A stretch of DNA of 64,000 nucleotides from Octopus vulgaris (lineage: Eukaryota): the NCBI GenBank assembly GCA_951406725.2, contig OX597820.1, positions 4,154,001 through 4,218,000 on the forward strand, given 5' to 3'. Both the position numbers and the translations under genes were made by a program. The notes under the pieces are model-generated. The model saw only the letters and a list, made by a program, of their open reading frames with translations, was not told the origin of the DNA and made no database searches. The stretch's first letter is position 1, and each line of letters begins with the position of its first letter. Below, in pieces: positions 25,165-37,137 of this stretch.

Positions 25165-25369
25165 GACACTTAGCCACAGTGCCATGCAGTGGGACTGAAC
25201 CTGAAACCACATAGGTGCAAAAAGAGCTTCTTAATCATATAGCCTCTGCCTCCAAATGTAGGCATCCACAGGAAAAAAAAAGGGGGAGATTTGTAATTAT
25301 GTGGAAAGAAGCATGTGTTTAGTGACTACGTATGGGCCTTCAAGTTGAGCGCTTACAATGTATCTTTTC

Positions 25370-25742
25370 TCTGGCCATGCTGGGGCACCACCTTGAAGAA
25401 CATTTAGTCAAAGGAATCAATCCCGATAGTGATTATTTTTTTTAAAAGCCTGGTAGTTCTTTTATTGATCTCTTTTGCTGAACTGCTAAGTTAGAACATA
25501 AACAAACCAATCTCAGTTGTCAAGCAGTGGTGGCGGACAAACACATGTATACACACACATATATATGTATACATACATATACACACACAACAGGCTTCTT
25601 TCAGTTTCTCCCTCTATGGAACCTATTCACAAGGTTTTGGTCAGGCTCAAGGCTATAGTAGAAGACATTTGCCCAAGATGCCATGCAGAGGGACTGAACC
25701 CCAGAACCTACGAAATTTCTTACCACACAGCCACACCTGCAC
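25370..25742 (-). mobile_element. CORE-type SINE (older copy)
   Basis: Reverse-complement match to the 10829 family. Confidence 0.7.
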
Positions 25743-25786
25743 CGATGTGTAAACATGGGAGACTGTAGACTCCAACAACCAGTTCC

Positions 25787-27334
25787 TAAGACCTGTTGAG
25801 GCAAGTGAAAATCAAACCAAACTTGTGAAGACCTGTTGAGGCAAGTGAAAATCAAACCAAATCAAAATAGATGAACATCAATGGAATTTGTATCTTTGTG
25901 GTTCCAGTACCGGTGGCACACAAGAAAACCATCCGATCGTGGCCGTTCGCCAGCCTCATCTGGCACCTGTGTCGGTGGCACATAAAAACACCATCCGAAG
26001 ACCCGGCGACGTAGTCAGTCCACCTGTGCATACCTTCCTACTTATGACACTTGTGAAGACCTGTTGAGGCAAGTGAAAATCAAAATCAAATCAAACCAAA
26101 TCAAAATAGATGAACATCAATGGAATTTGTATCTTTGTGGTACCAGTACCGGTGGCACACAAGAAAACCATCCGAATGTGGCCGTAGCCAGTACCGCATC
26201 GACTGGCCTCTGTGATGTGGGCACATAACAAACACCATCCGATCGTGGCCGTCCGCCAGCCTCATCTGGCACCTGTGTCGGTGGCACATAAAAACACCAA
26301 CCGAAGACCCGGCAAGACTAGTCAGGCCATAACCCATGGCCCCTACTTGGGACGTAGTCAGTCCACCTGTGCATACCTTCCTTCCTTCTTGTGACACTTG
26401 TGAAGACCTGTGAAGACCTGTTGAGGCAAGTGAAAATCAAATCAAAATAGATGAACATCAATGGAATTTGTATCTTGTGGTACCAGTGCCGGTGGCACAC
26501 AAGAAAACCATCCGAACGTGGCCGTAGCCAGTACCGCATCGACTGGCCTCCGTGCTGTGGGCACGCAACAAACACCATCCGATCGTGGCCGTTCGCCAGC
26601 CTCATCTGGCACCTGTGTCGGTGGCACATAAAAACACCATCCGAAGACCCGGCAAGACTAGTCAGGCCATAACCCGTGGCCCCTACCTGGGACGTAGTCA
26701 GTCCACCTGTGCATACCTTCCTTCTTGTGACACTTGTGAAGACCTGTTGAGGCAAGTGAAAATCAAATCAAATCAAAACAAATCAAAATAGATGAACATC
26801 AATGGAATTTGTATCTTTGTGGTACCAGTGCCGGTGGCACACAAGAAAATCATCCGAACGTAGCCGTAGCCAGTACCGCATAGACTGGCCTCCGTGCTTT
26901 GGGGACGTAACAAACACCATCCGATCGTGGCCGTCCGCCAGCCTCATCTGGCACCTGTGTCGGTGGCACATAAAAACACCATCCGAGCGTGGCCGTCTGC
27001 CAGCCTCGTCTGGCACCTGTGTCGGTGGCACATAAAAACACCATCCGAGCGTGGCCGTCTGCCAGCCCCGTCTGGCACCTGTGTCGGTGGCACATAAAAA
27101 CACCATCCGAGCGTGGCCGTTCGCCAGCCTCGTCTGGCACCTGTGTCGGTGGCACATAAAATCACCCACTACACTCTCGGAGTGGTTGGCGTTAGGAAGG
27201 GCATCCAGCTGTAGAAACACTGCCAGATCTGACTGGCCTGGTGCAGCCTTCGGGCTCCCCAGACCCCAGTTGAACCGTCCAACCCATGCTAGCATGGAAA
27301 ACGGACGCTAAATGATGATGATGATGATGATGAT
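25787..27334 (+). mobile_element. Concatemeric RTE-3'UTR element: ~341-bp tandem units, 62-bp minisatellite x4, (GAT)n tail
   Basis: Unit anchor aaaatagatgaacatcaatgg at ~25864, 26103, 26444 and 26785; 62-bp repeats with starts at 26979 and 27041; near-identical inverted copy at 62226-63440. Confidence 0.85.
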
Positions 27335-27419
27335 GAATATGGAAGATGGTAATGAATGGTTTTACCATCTGTCCTTATGGGATTGTTGTACAACTTTGTG
27401 TTAGATTCAGCTGTTCTAT

Positions 27420-28040
27420 ATTTTAGGTGAGGAATTCTCTACATTATTTACATTATTTACATTGGACAGATATGTGTCTTCATCTTGTTTGTTGTTACCA
27501 CTGCATTTGATTTACTCTTCAGCCTTCACCAGGTGTCCTGGTAGAATTTTGAACCCAACCCTGGGTTCTCATTCCTCAGGTATTTTTTGCTGATGTTCAT
27601 CATCATCATCGTTTAGCGTCCGTTTTCCATGCTAGCATGGGTTGGACGGGTCAACTGGGGTCTGTGAAGCTGGAAGGCTTCGTCAGGCCCAGTCAGATCT
27701 GGCAGTGTTTCTACGGCTGGATGCCCTTCCTAACGCCAACCACTCTGATGCTTTCTGATATATGTTATTGTCATTATTTATGAACTTGGAATCTTAGCCA
27801 TTATGCTAAATGCCCGTGAGCAATTATGGAGTGAATTTTAGGGCTTATAAACCTAATATTTTTGTATCCTTCCTTAATACCAGTCCCCATAGTCTACTCC
27901 TATCTGCACTAGATCTGCCTAGGAGGTTGTTGTGTCCTAGCATATGCGCTGCGTCTTTTAATTTTTGTATTTTCCAGTGTTTTCTATTATTTGAACTTCA
28001 TCCTACAGGGCGGGGGGTCTCCACTTTTCCATACATCTGA
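27420..28040 (-). mobile_element. Second, decayed copy of the tRNA-like plus hammerhead element (see 36265-36720), interrupted by an RTE tail at 27598-27745
   Basis: Shares tttacatt..gacagatat..tcatctt, cagccttcaccaggtgtc and gcccgtgagcaattatggagtgaatttt blocks with 36265-36720. Confidence 0.7.
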
Positions 28041-28059
28041 GATTGCACAAAGTACCACT

Positions 28060-28800
28060 CTATTTCTAATTTGCTGATGTCTCAGAATCAGAACTGTAAT
28101 CTGGCCACCACATACATTTGATTTCATGTGGGTGATACCAGTGCTGTCTGAATGGCACATGAAAAGCTCCATTCAAGCATTGGGCCTCATAGAGACAGTA
28201 ATAGGTAACTAAGGTCCTTGGTGATATACGGTGCTTGTGTTGACCTGTCAAGCCAAGTGAGACCGTAGTTGTGGTTGATGCTAGTGTCAGGTCATTGGCC
28301 CCTGTGCTGGTGGAACGTAAAAAGCACCCACTATACTCTCAGAATGATTGGCATTACGAAGGGCATCCAGACATAGAAACCTCGCCAAATCAGACAGGAA
28401 CCTGGTGCAGCCCCTGGGCTTACCATTTTCCAGTCAAACCATCCAACCCATGCCAGAATGGAAAGAGGACATTAAATGATGAGGATGACACAAAGATCAT
28501 TAACATTCACAATTTTCAGAGTACAACAGTGCTTGCATGCAATGAAGGTTTGGTCCAAATCTCTGATCATCATCATCATTATCATCATCATCATCGTTTA
28601 ACGTCCGCTTTCCATGCTGGCATGGGTTGGACAATTTGACTGAGGACTGGCGAACCAGATGGCTGCACCAGGCTCCAATCTTGATCTGGCAGAGTTTCTA
28701 CAGCTGGATGCCTTTCCTAACGCCAACCACTCCGAGAGTGTAGTGGGTGCTTTTACGTGCCACCGGCACAAGGGCCAGTCAAGCGGTACTGGCAGTGGTC
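28060..28800. mobile_element. Two RTE tail copies in tail-to-tail inverted orientation (+ 28060-28487; - 28567-28800)
   Basis: Conserved tail block present on both strands about 80 bp apart. Confidence 0.75.
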
Positions 28801-31139
28801 GTGAAAAAATCCTGTTTTTTTTTATGTGCCACCTGATGTACCTTATATTGTGACCCATTGGTAAATTTTGCTGAGAAGTGTCGTTTTCCTTTGTTCCTGA
28901 TGTAGAGTTGCAAAACTGAATGGAGACCCAACAAATTGTTCCTAAAGGAAAAATTTTTTAAAAACGTGCATGGACCTATTTTTGTAGGGTTGCATTGCTG
29001 TGAAGAAAAGAAAGAGAGATGAGGACATTATGGATGGTGTATAAACGAAAGGAAGGAAGAGGACCTCATGGAAATGCGCACGATATGAAATGAAGGGCTG
29101 CAGAGCGAGGCTTGATACAAGATAATAATAGATGCAAGTCTGCTGGAAGGAAAAGATGGTGCAAGAGTCAGCTGCATGAGGTTGCAAAATTAATGCCAGA
29201 TGCATGTTTGTCAGACATGGATGAGGCATTGAACAGAAGATTGAATGTCACCATCTTGCTGCATGTGCTGTTGTGTGTCCAACATGAACAACACTTCAGG
29301 GAGAAAATTGCCAACTAAAATTAAAGGAACAAACGAGCCAGGTGTCTTCAGGTGTATCAGTGAAGGTGCATAGCTTTAGTAGTTAGTATGCTGGACACAT
29401 GATCATAAGATTGTGGTTTCAATTCCTGGACAGGGCGACGTGTTGTGTTCTCGAGTAAAACTATTTCATAATGCTCCAGTCCACTCAGCTGATAAAAATG
29501 ACTGACCCTGTGATGGACCAGCATCCTGTCCAGTGGGGGTGGGCATATATGCACCAGAGAAACCAGCCTTCTCAGTCTATGTCTCAGAAAGGATCTTTAT
29601 TTTTTTATTAGGTGTACTTGTGTATGGATACTATGTGGACAGAGGTAAACAAGGACTGTGGTTATATGTGATCATACGATCAGCCAGACTATCAGATGTT
29701 GTACATTGCTGGTCACAATGCGCTTCACATTGTTTTAGCTTTCAAATGACGCCACCCTGCCAGTCAGGCGGGTAGACCGACATTCCCCTCTGATCAGAAT
29801 ACTATTCCGTCACAGGGTGAACCATTTACAGCTGAGTGGACTGGACTAATGGGAAATGAAGTGTTTTGCTCAAGAACACAAAACGCTGTCAAGTCTGGGA
29901 ATTGAGCCCTTGTGAAAGAGTCTTTTGATGTTGGGCCTCACAGAGGGAATGACAAGGGACGGAGACACCTGGAGGTTTGCTGTGCTTGAGAAGATGTCCA
30001 GCTGAGTAAAACCGAGGTTGTCCCCGCATACAGCCATGTCCCCTACATTCGTCTTCAGCTGAGCAATACTAATCTTGCAAGCTCATGGATGTTGGTGCCA
30101 CATGAAGGCACTTCTGCCAGTGCCACATGAAGGCACTTGTGCTGGTGCTGCATAAATGTACCCAATCCACACCCTGTAAATCGGTGGACATCCAGCCATA
30201 GAAACCATGCCAAAACAACTCAACTGGCCAGATCCTGTCAGATCGTACAAAACAGACGTTAAATGAGGATGATGTAGCAATTGAGGGTGCAACACCCTTA
30301 CCACTAGGTTGCATCCCTTCATGTGGTTTTATGCGAAAACGTTTATTGCAAAAACCCCTATAAAACGTGATTATTAATTTTAAACCCCATAACTCTTCCT
30401 CCTGTACATTATTAATGACTTGTGACTTCTAACGATGTCCATTCCTAGACAGAAGTTTTCACTCTTTCTTAACCTATCATACCCACCCCCATAAATCTCT
30501 TCCACACACAAACAATACCTCTTATATCAAACACACACTGTCTCCATTACCACAGACGTCTTAACACTGTTGTCCATCAGAGCAGGCTTGCCAGCCTAAC
30601 GGCCTTCAACATACAGACACAATCACTTCAGATAGCCACGAAACAATCTTCTACCGAACCTTAATCTCGGACAATGCAGACCATATTTTCTGGTATACAA
30701 ATTTAATTTTCCAGGCCCATATTTATAGCCAAAGAAGGTAAGTCATCTTATACACCAAGATGAGTTTCAAGGACCAAAAAATCCATGGGGCCTCACTAGC
30801 TTTAAAAAAGTGAGGGGGACAGACCAACATTTGTTGAGTCTTAAAGGAGCATGGAGTGACGTTATTTTCGGCGCAGAGTTGGATTACTTCTGGTAGGCCG
30901 CCGGAAGTTCCCTCATGGGCAGAGAACTGCCAACATAAAGTTTTCCTGCTAGATAGGTCCTTTTTGAAGCTGCAGCTCTATCGAGTGGACACGACTCAAT
31001 CCTTCTCTCAAGGAAAACCCGAGAAGACACGTAGAGAAGCCCCCTTCTACGCGGGAACGGAGACAGCATTTTGGCTCACACAAGTTAACTATTATGATTA
31101 GTTTTTATGGCCTTGGCTACCAGTTCACCCTGAAGAAAA

Positions 31140-31620
31140 TATATGTGTGTATATTTTATTTGTAAATCCAGACAAAAATAAAGTATTATTTATTGCTGTT
31201 GAAGATAGTCGAAGTTTTGGTTTTCCTTTCAACACAATTTGAATGTAATAGGATAAGACCGAGACTCCTCAAGTGTTCCAGAGACCTTCATCCCTGTTAG
31301 AAGCATGTTAGTAAAAATCTGCTAAATCTTGTGAAAAGAAAATCTTTCAAATTTGCTATTGCAGGACCCACTGCCTGCAATTACTGCACTCGGTTATGAT
31401 CCAAAATAGTGCAGTGTTGATATTCTAACGCATTTCCTTCCTGGTACCTTTTAGGGAATTTTTGTGACCTGGGTAGCTCCAAAAGAGAAATATCAAATTG
31501 ATAAATCCTTTTTTCCCTGCTATATTGAACAAGTCCTGAAATTTTGTTTCACTGCGTAGATTTTTTAGCTCCTCTTGCACCAGTTTGACACTATGTAATA
31601 TGCCACCTAGATTGATGATG
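31140..31620 (-). mobile_element. Possible hAT transposase fragment
   Basis: IINLGGILHSVKLVQEELKNLRSETKFQDLF resembles the helical region of hAT transposases; heavily degraded. Confidence 0.35.
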
Positions 31621-32649
31621 ATATTTTGTTTTCTAATTGGGAAAAAGGGGGACAAAAGATTGTTTGCCAACATAACATGGCAGTCCCGATCTAGGACGAA
31701 TGCTATGTTGGCAAACAATTTTTACTACAAAATACTGTTGCTGAAAATCTCGTGTTGTGAGATTTACAAATAATAATTTTCTAAAAGATGGTTTGTCCCC
31801 TGTGCCTGAAAAGGTGGAGTGGGGACTTGTTCCCCGGTACCTCCCTGAAACAAGGCTCTTGTTACATTGATTTGTAATGCTGGAAAACAAAGAAACAAAA
31901 ACCCTCAAAATTGCTAAGCAATGCAAGTACTGTTACGTCTACCAAAGATCTGAGATTCATAAAAATGGAAAATGTTACAACTCCAAAATCCAAGACAACG
32001 GAACCCTATTTCCCCATCCCAGTCCCCTCATTTTACTTTCCCCATCGCCACTCCAGTGGCATCTCTTCTTCACAACTCCACCCAATACACTTTTCACTCT
32101 TCCTCTCTTCATCCGTACTGTCCACTCCACCCTCTTCACCAGACCCTGCACTAACCATTTTAGTCCATCCTTCACCCCCTACAATGCCACACTCAAGATT
32201 TCATTCCCAATCACCACTGCATGGTTTTCCCCAAAGCCCTTGACCTTCATTTTAAATCCTTTCAGAAGCATATTAGTCTGGCAAGTGATTTGCTATGTGA
32301 CCTTCTGTTGGAACTGAAGCAATTACAACCCTGAGAGCTGCTCAAAAACACACGAAGACTATTAACTTCACTTAAATATTTATTAAATTTGGTATCAAAG
32401 TTTTCGTTGCACCAACTGTGACCCAGTCACAGTCTACAAAGGTCAAAAGCACAGCCATATCATTCCTCACTGACCCCAAAATAAATAAATACGTCTTTTA
32501 TTCCAGCAGGGCTGGGGTGGGAAGAGCATCAGTACCAATTGTGAAGAATGATCTTGCTCAATGAAGATGAGGATTTCAGAAAGTAATATTCTCGACTATA
32601 TTCTGCAGATATCACACAGGTGTGTATGGTTTATCTTTAGTGTGAAAAC

Positions 32650-33466
32650 CAGTGGTTCTCAACCATTTTCTGCCGATCGAATCCTTTGATTACTGTTTTA
32701 TTCTGGTGACCCCCACCCCTGGCCATTTGTTATAGATGCTTCCTATTTTGCTTTTCACATCAAAATCGCTGACGTGGCCAATGACAGTACCACCTGATTG
32801 GCACTTGTGCCATTGGAATGTTAAAAGCACGTCTGAGCATGATTGTTGCCTGGGCCATGGATTGGTTCCCATGCTGGTGGCACATAAAAAGCACCATTCT
32901 AACGTGATCGTTGCCAGCGTCGCCTTACCAGCACATGTGCTGGTGGCACGTGTAAAACAACATTCAAGCGTAGTCGTTACCAGTGCTGCCGGACTGGATC
33001 CCATGCAGGTAGCATGTAAAAAATACCCTTTGAGCATGGTTGTTGCCAGTACCGCCTGACTGGCCCCCGTGCCGGTGACATGTAAAAGCACCCACTACAC
33101 TCTCGGAGTGGTTGGGTTTAGGAAGGGCATCCAGCTGTAGAAACTTTTCCAGATCAGACTGGAGCCTGGTGCAGCCTTCTGGCTCACCAGTCCTCAGTCA
33201 AACCGTCCAACCCATGCCAGCATGGAAAGCAGACATTAAACGATGATGATGATATTCACTCGTAGAGTCTGAACTATGTTAAACCTTAAAGAAACCTAGC
33301 TGTTTCTTCCAATAAATCTGAAGCAAAATTTTTCATGGGTTCATAAAATACTACTTGTGGACCCAATTTACTACTTAGCTTGTGTGGACTGCCAAAAGTC
33401 TTATATGAACCCCAAGGGGTCACATGGACCTTAAGGGGTCACATAGACCCCGATTGAGAATCACTG
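32650..33466. mobile_element. hAT-type MITE with a nested RTE tail (~32755-33252)
   Basis: TIRs cagtggttctcaa / ttgagaatcactg; flanking 8-mers gtgaaaac / gtgtagat (5 of 8 match, a decayed TSD). Confidence 0.75.
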
Positions 33467-33510
33467 GTGTAGATGATGAATTACAAGCAGTGAATGCAGT
33501 TTTGCACAAA

Positions 33511-34779
33511 TCACAATGGTAAGCTTTTTCCTGAATGATTGCGTTTATGTCTGGAAAAAGAGCTGCTGTCAGAGAAAGATTTCCCACAAATATCACAAAG
33601 GTATGGCTTTTCTCTCGTGTGTGTACGTTTGTGTTTGGATAAAGAACTACTTTCAGAGAAAGTCTTACCACAGATATCACAATGGTAGGGTTTTTCTCCT
33701 GTGTGTGTACGTTTGTGTTTCGCTAAAGAACTGCTTACAGAGAATGTCTTGCCACAGATATCACAATGATATGGTTTTTCTCCTGTGTGAAATCTCCGAT
33801 GTGTTGATAACGAACTATTATTATTGAATGTGCTGTCACAGATGTCACAATGGTATGGCCTTTCTCCTGTATGGATACGTCGATGCTTAGATAAAGTACT
33901 ATTTTCAGAGAATGTCTTGCGACAAATGTCACAACGATATGGTTTCTCTCCTGTGTGAATTCGAATATGAATGGATATGTTGCTGCTTTTAGAGAATGTT
34001 TTGCCACACACATCACAATGGTAAGGTTTCTCTCCCGTGTGAATACGTTTGTGAGTCGACAGAGAACTACTGTTAGAGAATGCTTTACCACAAATATCAC
34101 AGTGGTATGGTTTCTCCCCGGTATGAATACGTTTGTGAGTAGACAAAGATCTGCTTTCAGAAAATGTTTTCCCACAGACATCACAATGATAGGGTCTTTC
34201 TCCCGTGTGAATACGTTTGTGGTTGAATAAAGTATCGTTAGCAGAGAAAGCTTTATCACAGACATCACAGCGATAGGGTTTTTCACCTGTATGAGTACGT
34301 TTATGTTTTGATAAATTACTTTTCACTGAAAATGCTTTGTTACAAACAATACACTGATATGGTTTCTCACCTGTATGCATTCGTTTATGAATCAATACAT
34401 TGCTATTTTCAGAAAACGTTTTCCCACAAATATCACAATGAAATGGCTTCTCCCCTGTGTGAATACGCTTATGTTTCAACAAAATACAATTTTCAGAGAA
34501 TTTTTTCCCACAAATATCACAATTATACGGCTTCTCCCCTGTGTGAATACGTTTGTGTTTAGATAGACATTGATTCGTAGAGAACTTTTTCCCACATACA
34601 TCACACACATGTTTAGATTGCGCATGGAGCAATTTATGTTGTATAAAACATCTTCTGGTTTTAAAAGACTCTCCACATGTGTCACACTTGTACACTTTCT
34701 CTATGTGATGAAGAGGAACCTCATTCTTGCCAGTCTCTCTTCTGTTATCATCCAGTCTTTCATTTAGTTTCTTCTCCAT
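33511..34779 (-). CDS. C2H2 zinc-finger protein, 14 tandem fingers (422 aa), single coding exon
   Basis: ATG-initiated ORF with 14 C2H2 fingers and TGEKPY linkers; it ends by frameshift at the start of a 15th finger. Confidence 0.9.
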   Translation of the reverse strand: MEKKLNERLDDNRRETGKNEVPLHHIEKVYKCDTCGESFKTRRCFIQHKLLHAQSKHVCDVCGKKFSTNQCLSKHKRIHTGEKPYNCDICGKKFSENCILLKHKRIHTGEKPFHCDICGKTFSENSNVLIHKRMHTGEKPYQCIVCNKAFSVKSNLSKHKRTHTGEKPYRCDVCDKAFSANDTLFNHKRIHTGERPYHCDVCGKTFSESRSLSTHKRIHTGEKPYHCDICGKAFSNSSSLSTHKRIHTGEKPYHCDVCGKTFSKSSNISIHIRIHTGEKPYRCDICRKTFSENSTLSKHRRIHTGERPYHCDICDSTFNNNSSLSTHRRFHTGEKPYHCDICGKTFSVSSSLAKHKRTHTGEKPYHCDICGKTFSESSSLSKHKRTHTREKPYLCDICGKSFSDSSSFSRHKRNHSGKSLPL

Positions 34780-35569
34780 AATTTCAAGTGTTTCTCATTA
34801 AATAGAAAGCGACTTTTCTCCCATAATTTTCAGTAAAAAAATATTTCTTTAGATATTTCCAATAAAGACTGTTTTCTTCAAATGAAGTTGGTATCTGATA
34901 CATTTGTCTGGAACTTACAAATCAGAACTGATGAAAGATGTTATATGAGAGGAAAGTCTCAGTCAATTTTGATGCCGTGTATTATAGGAATGGGAAATTA
35001 ATGGCACTTTACAAGAAATACTTCACAGTGTGTCCTTGGTAATGTCATTCTTTGGTCTTCAAAATCTCAATATCATTAGAAACCCTGAAACATATAAAGA
35101 AAGTATAAAATATAATGGCTATTCCGATGATGGCATATTAATGGTATTGGCCAAAGACAATGAAAGACAGCAAAGGAAACATAGAGAATATAGAACTGAG
35201 AGGAAAGAAACAATGTGACTGATGTATGATTGAGATGAGTGATGTTAATGGGTATGCTTATCATCACTCATTTCAATGTTATGTCAATAATGTTGAAGAG
35301 AGGAGCAGAGGTGAGAAGGGAGTTAATCAGAGGACTTGTTCCAGCATTGATCCTTCCCATCATATGGAACCAGCTTTTGCTCATTAAATGGGATGGAATT
35401 CTGGCAAAATTCAATCTCCAAAATGCTTACCACCAAATTCCAAAAGATAAAGACTGAAGAAATCACTACCACCAGGCATTGGTTTGTTGAGAGGGACAAG
35501 ATGAAATACCTTACGATGACACCAAACATGTTCATCTACCATTTTTCTATAACATGCAATAGAAAAATC

Positions 35570-35855
35570 ATTGGTAAGAAGCTTGCTTCCTGACCACAAG
35601 GTTTTGGGTTCAGTCCTACTGCGCAGTACCTAGGGCAAGTGTTTTCTACTACAGCCCTGGGTTGACCATAGTGGATTTGGTAGAAAGAAGCCTATGTATG
35701 TGTGTGCGTTTGTCCCCCACCATCGGCTGACAACCAGTGTTGGTTTGTTTATGTCTCCATCACTTAAATGGTTCAGCAAAAAAGAGATTAGAAGAAAAAG
35801 TACCGGGCAGGGCTGCAGTCCAATGACTGACCCAAGTAAAAGAGATAAAAAGGGA
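35570..35855 (+). mobile_element. CORE-type SINE, internally deleted
   Basis: ggtaagaagcttgcttcc...ctagggcaagtg...aatgactgacccaagtaaaag. Confidence 0.7.
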
Positions 35856-36264
35856 TAAGAATCTCTCAGAACCCAAATCAATTCAGAGCCACAAATATAC
35901 GTATGGTAAGAAGAAATCATTTTGAGGAGATATTCCAACTCTGAGGAATTCAGAAAATACTAAATGTCAATGTTGCTTCTAATAACAAAGAATTGAAGTT
36001 CTTTTTCGGATTGGTAAATTTATGTGGGTGATACCTTTTTTTTGTTCGTCATTTAACTGTGGCCATGCTGGGGCACTACCTCACGGGGTTTTAGTCAAAC
36101 AAATTGCACCCCACCCCCAGTACAGTTTTCTTTTTAAATATGGTATTTATAGTATTGGTCTCTTCTGCTAAATTGCTAAGCTATGAGGATGTAAACAAAC
36201 CAACACCGGTTGGCAAGCAGTTGTTGGAGGGTGTAACAAACACAGACACACAGACATTTATTAT

Positions 36265-36720
36265 ATTATTTACATTTGACAGATATTTGTCCTCATCTTA
36301 TTTGGTACGAAACAACGTTTCGGCTGATATACCCTCCTGCCTTCATCAGGTGTCTTGAGGAAATTTCGAACCTGAGTTCTCATTCCTATAATGTTATTAT
36401 TCAGGTCACTGCCTGGAATTGAACTCGGAATCTTGGGTTTAGTAGCCCACACTCTTAACCACTACGCCATATGCCCGTGGGCAATTACGGAGTGAATTTT
36501 CTAAGGCTTATAAATCTAATATTCTCCTATCCTTCCCTAATACCAGTTCCCATAGTCTACTCCTATCTGCACTCGGTCTGCTTAGGAGGCTGTTGTGTCC
36601 CAGCATATGTGCTGCTTCTTGGAGTTTTTGTATTTCCAGTGGTGTTCTCTGTCTATTATTTTAACTTCATCCCACAGGATGAGGTGGTCTCCATTTTTCC
36701 ATACATGTATGATCCTGTAT
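36265..36720 (-). mobile_element. Composite repeat: tRNA-like Pol III head (36404-36476) followed by a hammerhead motif (Penelope pseudo-LTR-like)
   Basis: Minus strand gggcatatggcgtagtggttaag...gagttcaattccaggcagtgacc (A and B boxes), about 50 nt upstream of a hammerhead; second copy at 27420-28040. Confidence 0.7.
36309..36354 (-). ncRNA. Minimal type I hammerhead ribozyme motif
   Basis: GACAC-CTGATGA-A-GGC..GCC-GAAA-CG-TT-GTTTC: intact core, palindromic loopless stem III (ACGT), stem I with 4 of 5 pairs. Confidence 0.7.
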
Positions 36721-36969
36721 GTTCAGTTAATCCACTTTCGTTTTTGTTAATCAGTAGCTCACTTTATTTTAGTCAGATGTGTCACATCTACTCATAATTA
36801 TTTTGATTTGACTATAATTTTATCTATTTTTTGAAATTTTTTTTTTTTGATTTGAGGGTAATCCGACAGAATACAGGTGGAAATTTTTTAGTCCACCAGA
36901 AACCGTCATTCGTATAGAGTTGTATGGTTTAAGCATTGTATATTACAAATCTATCGATTCTTATCGTTA

Positions 36970-37087
36970 TTGACTTTGCTTTTCATCCTTTAGGGGCTCA
37001 TGAAATAAGCACCAGTTGAACACTAGGGTTGATGGAGTCGACTACCCTTACCCCAAAATTTCAGGCCTTGTGCCTTCAGTAGAAAAG

Positions 37088-37137
<50 letters not shown>

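Noticed and set aside
26416-26440. cctgttgaggcaagtgaaa resembles a hammerhead core in each concatemer unit
   Set aside because: The core reads CUGUUGA, and there is no stem II or stem I pairing; it aligns better to the duplicated LINE ORF end (gaagacc..gccaagtga).
26783-27311. Many 60-170 aa ORFs over the repeats (MLAWVGR.., CHRHRC..)
   Set aside because: Recurring translations of non-coding tail repeats on both strands; no protein motifs.
25787-27334. CRISPR-like look of the regularly spaced repeats
   Set aside because: The units are tandem copies with no unique spacers, there are no cas genes, and the context is eukaryotic; the sequence derives from an RTE 3'UTR.
36404-36476. Functional tRNA gene
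   Set aside because: Acceptor stem mismatches and placement within a dispersed repeat; treated as a tRNA-derived head.
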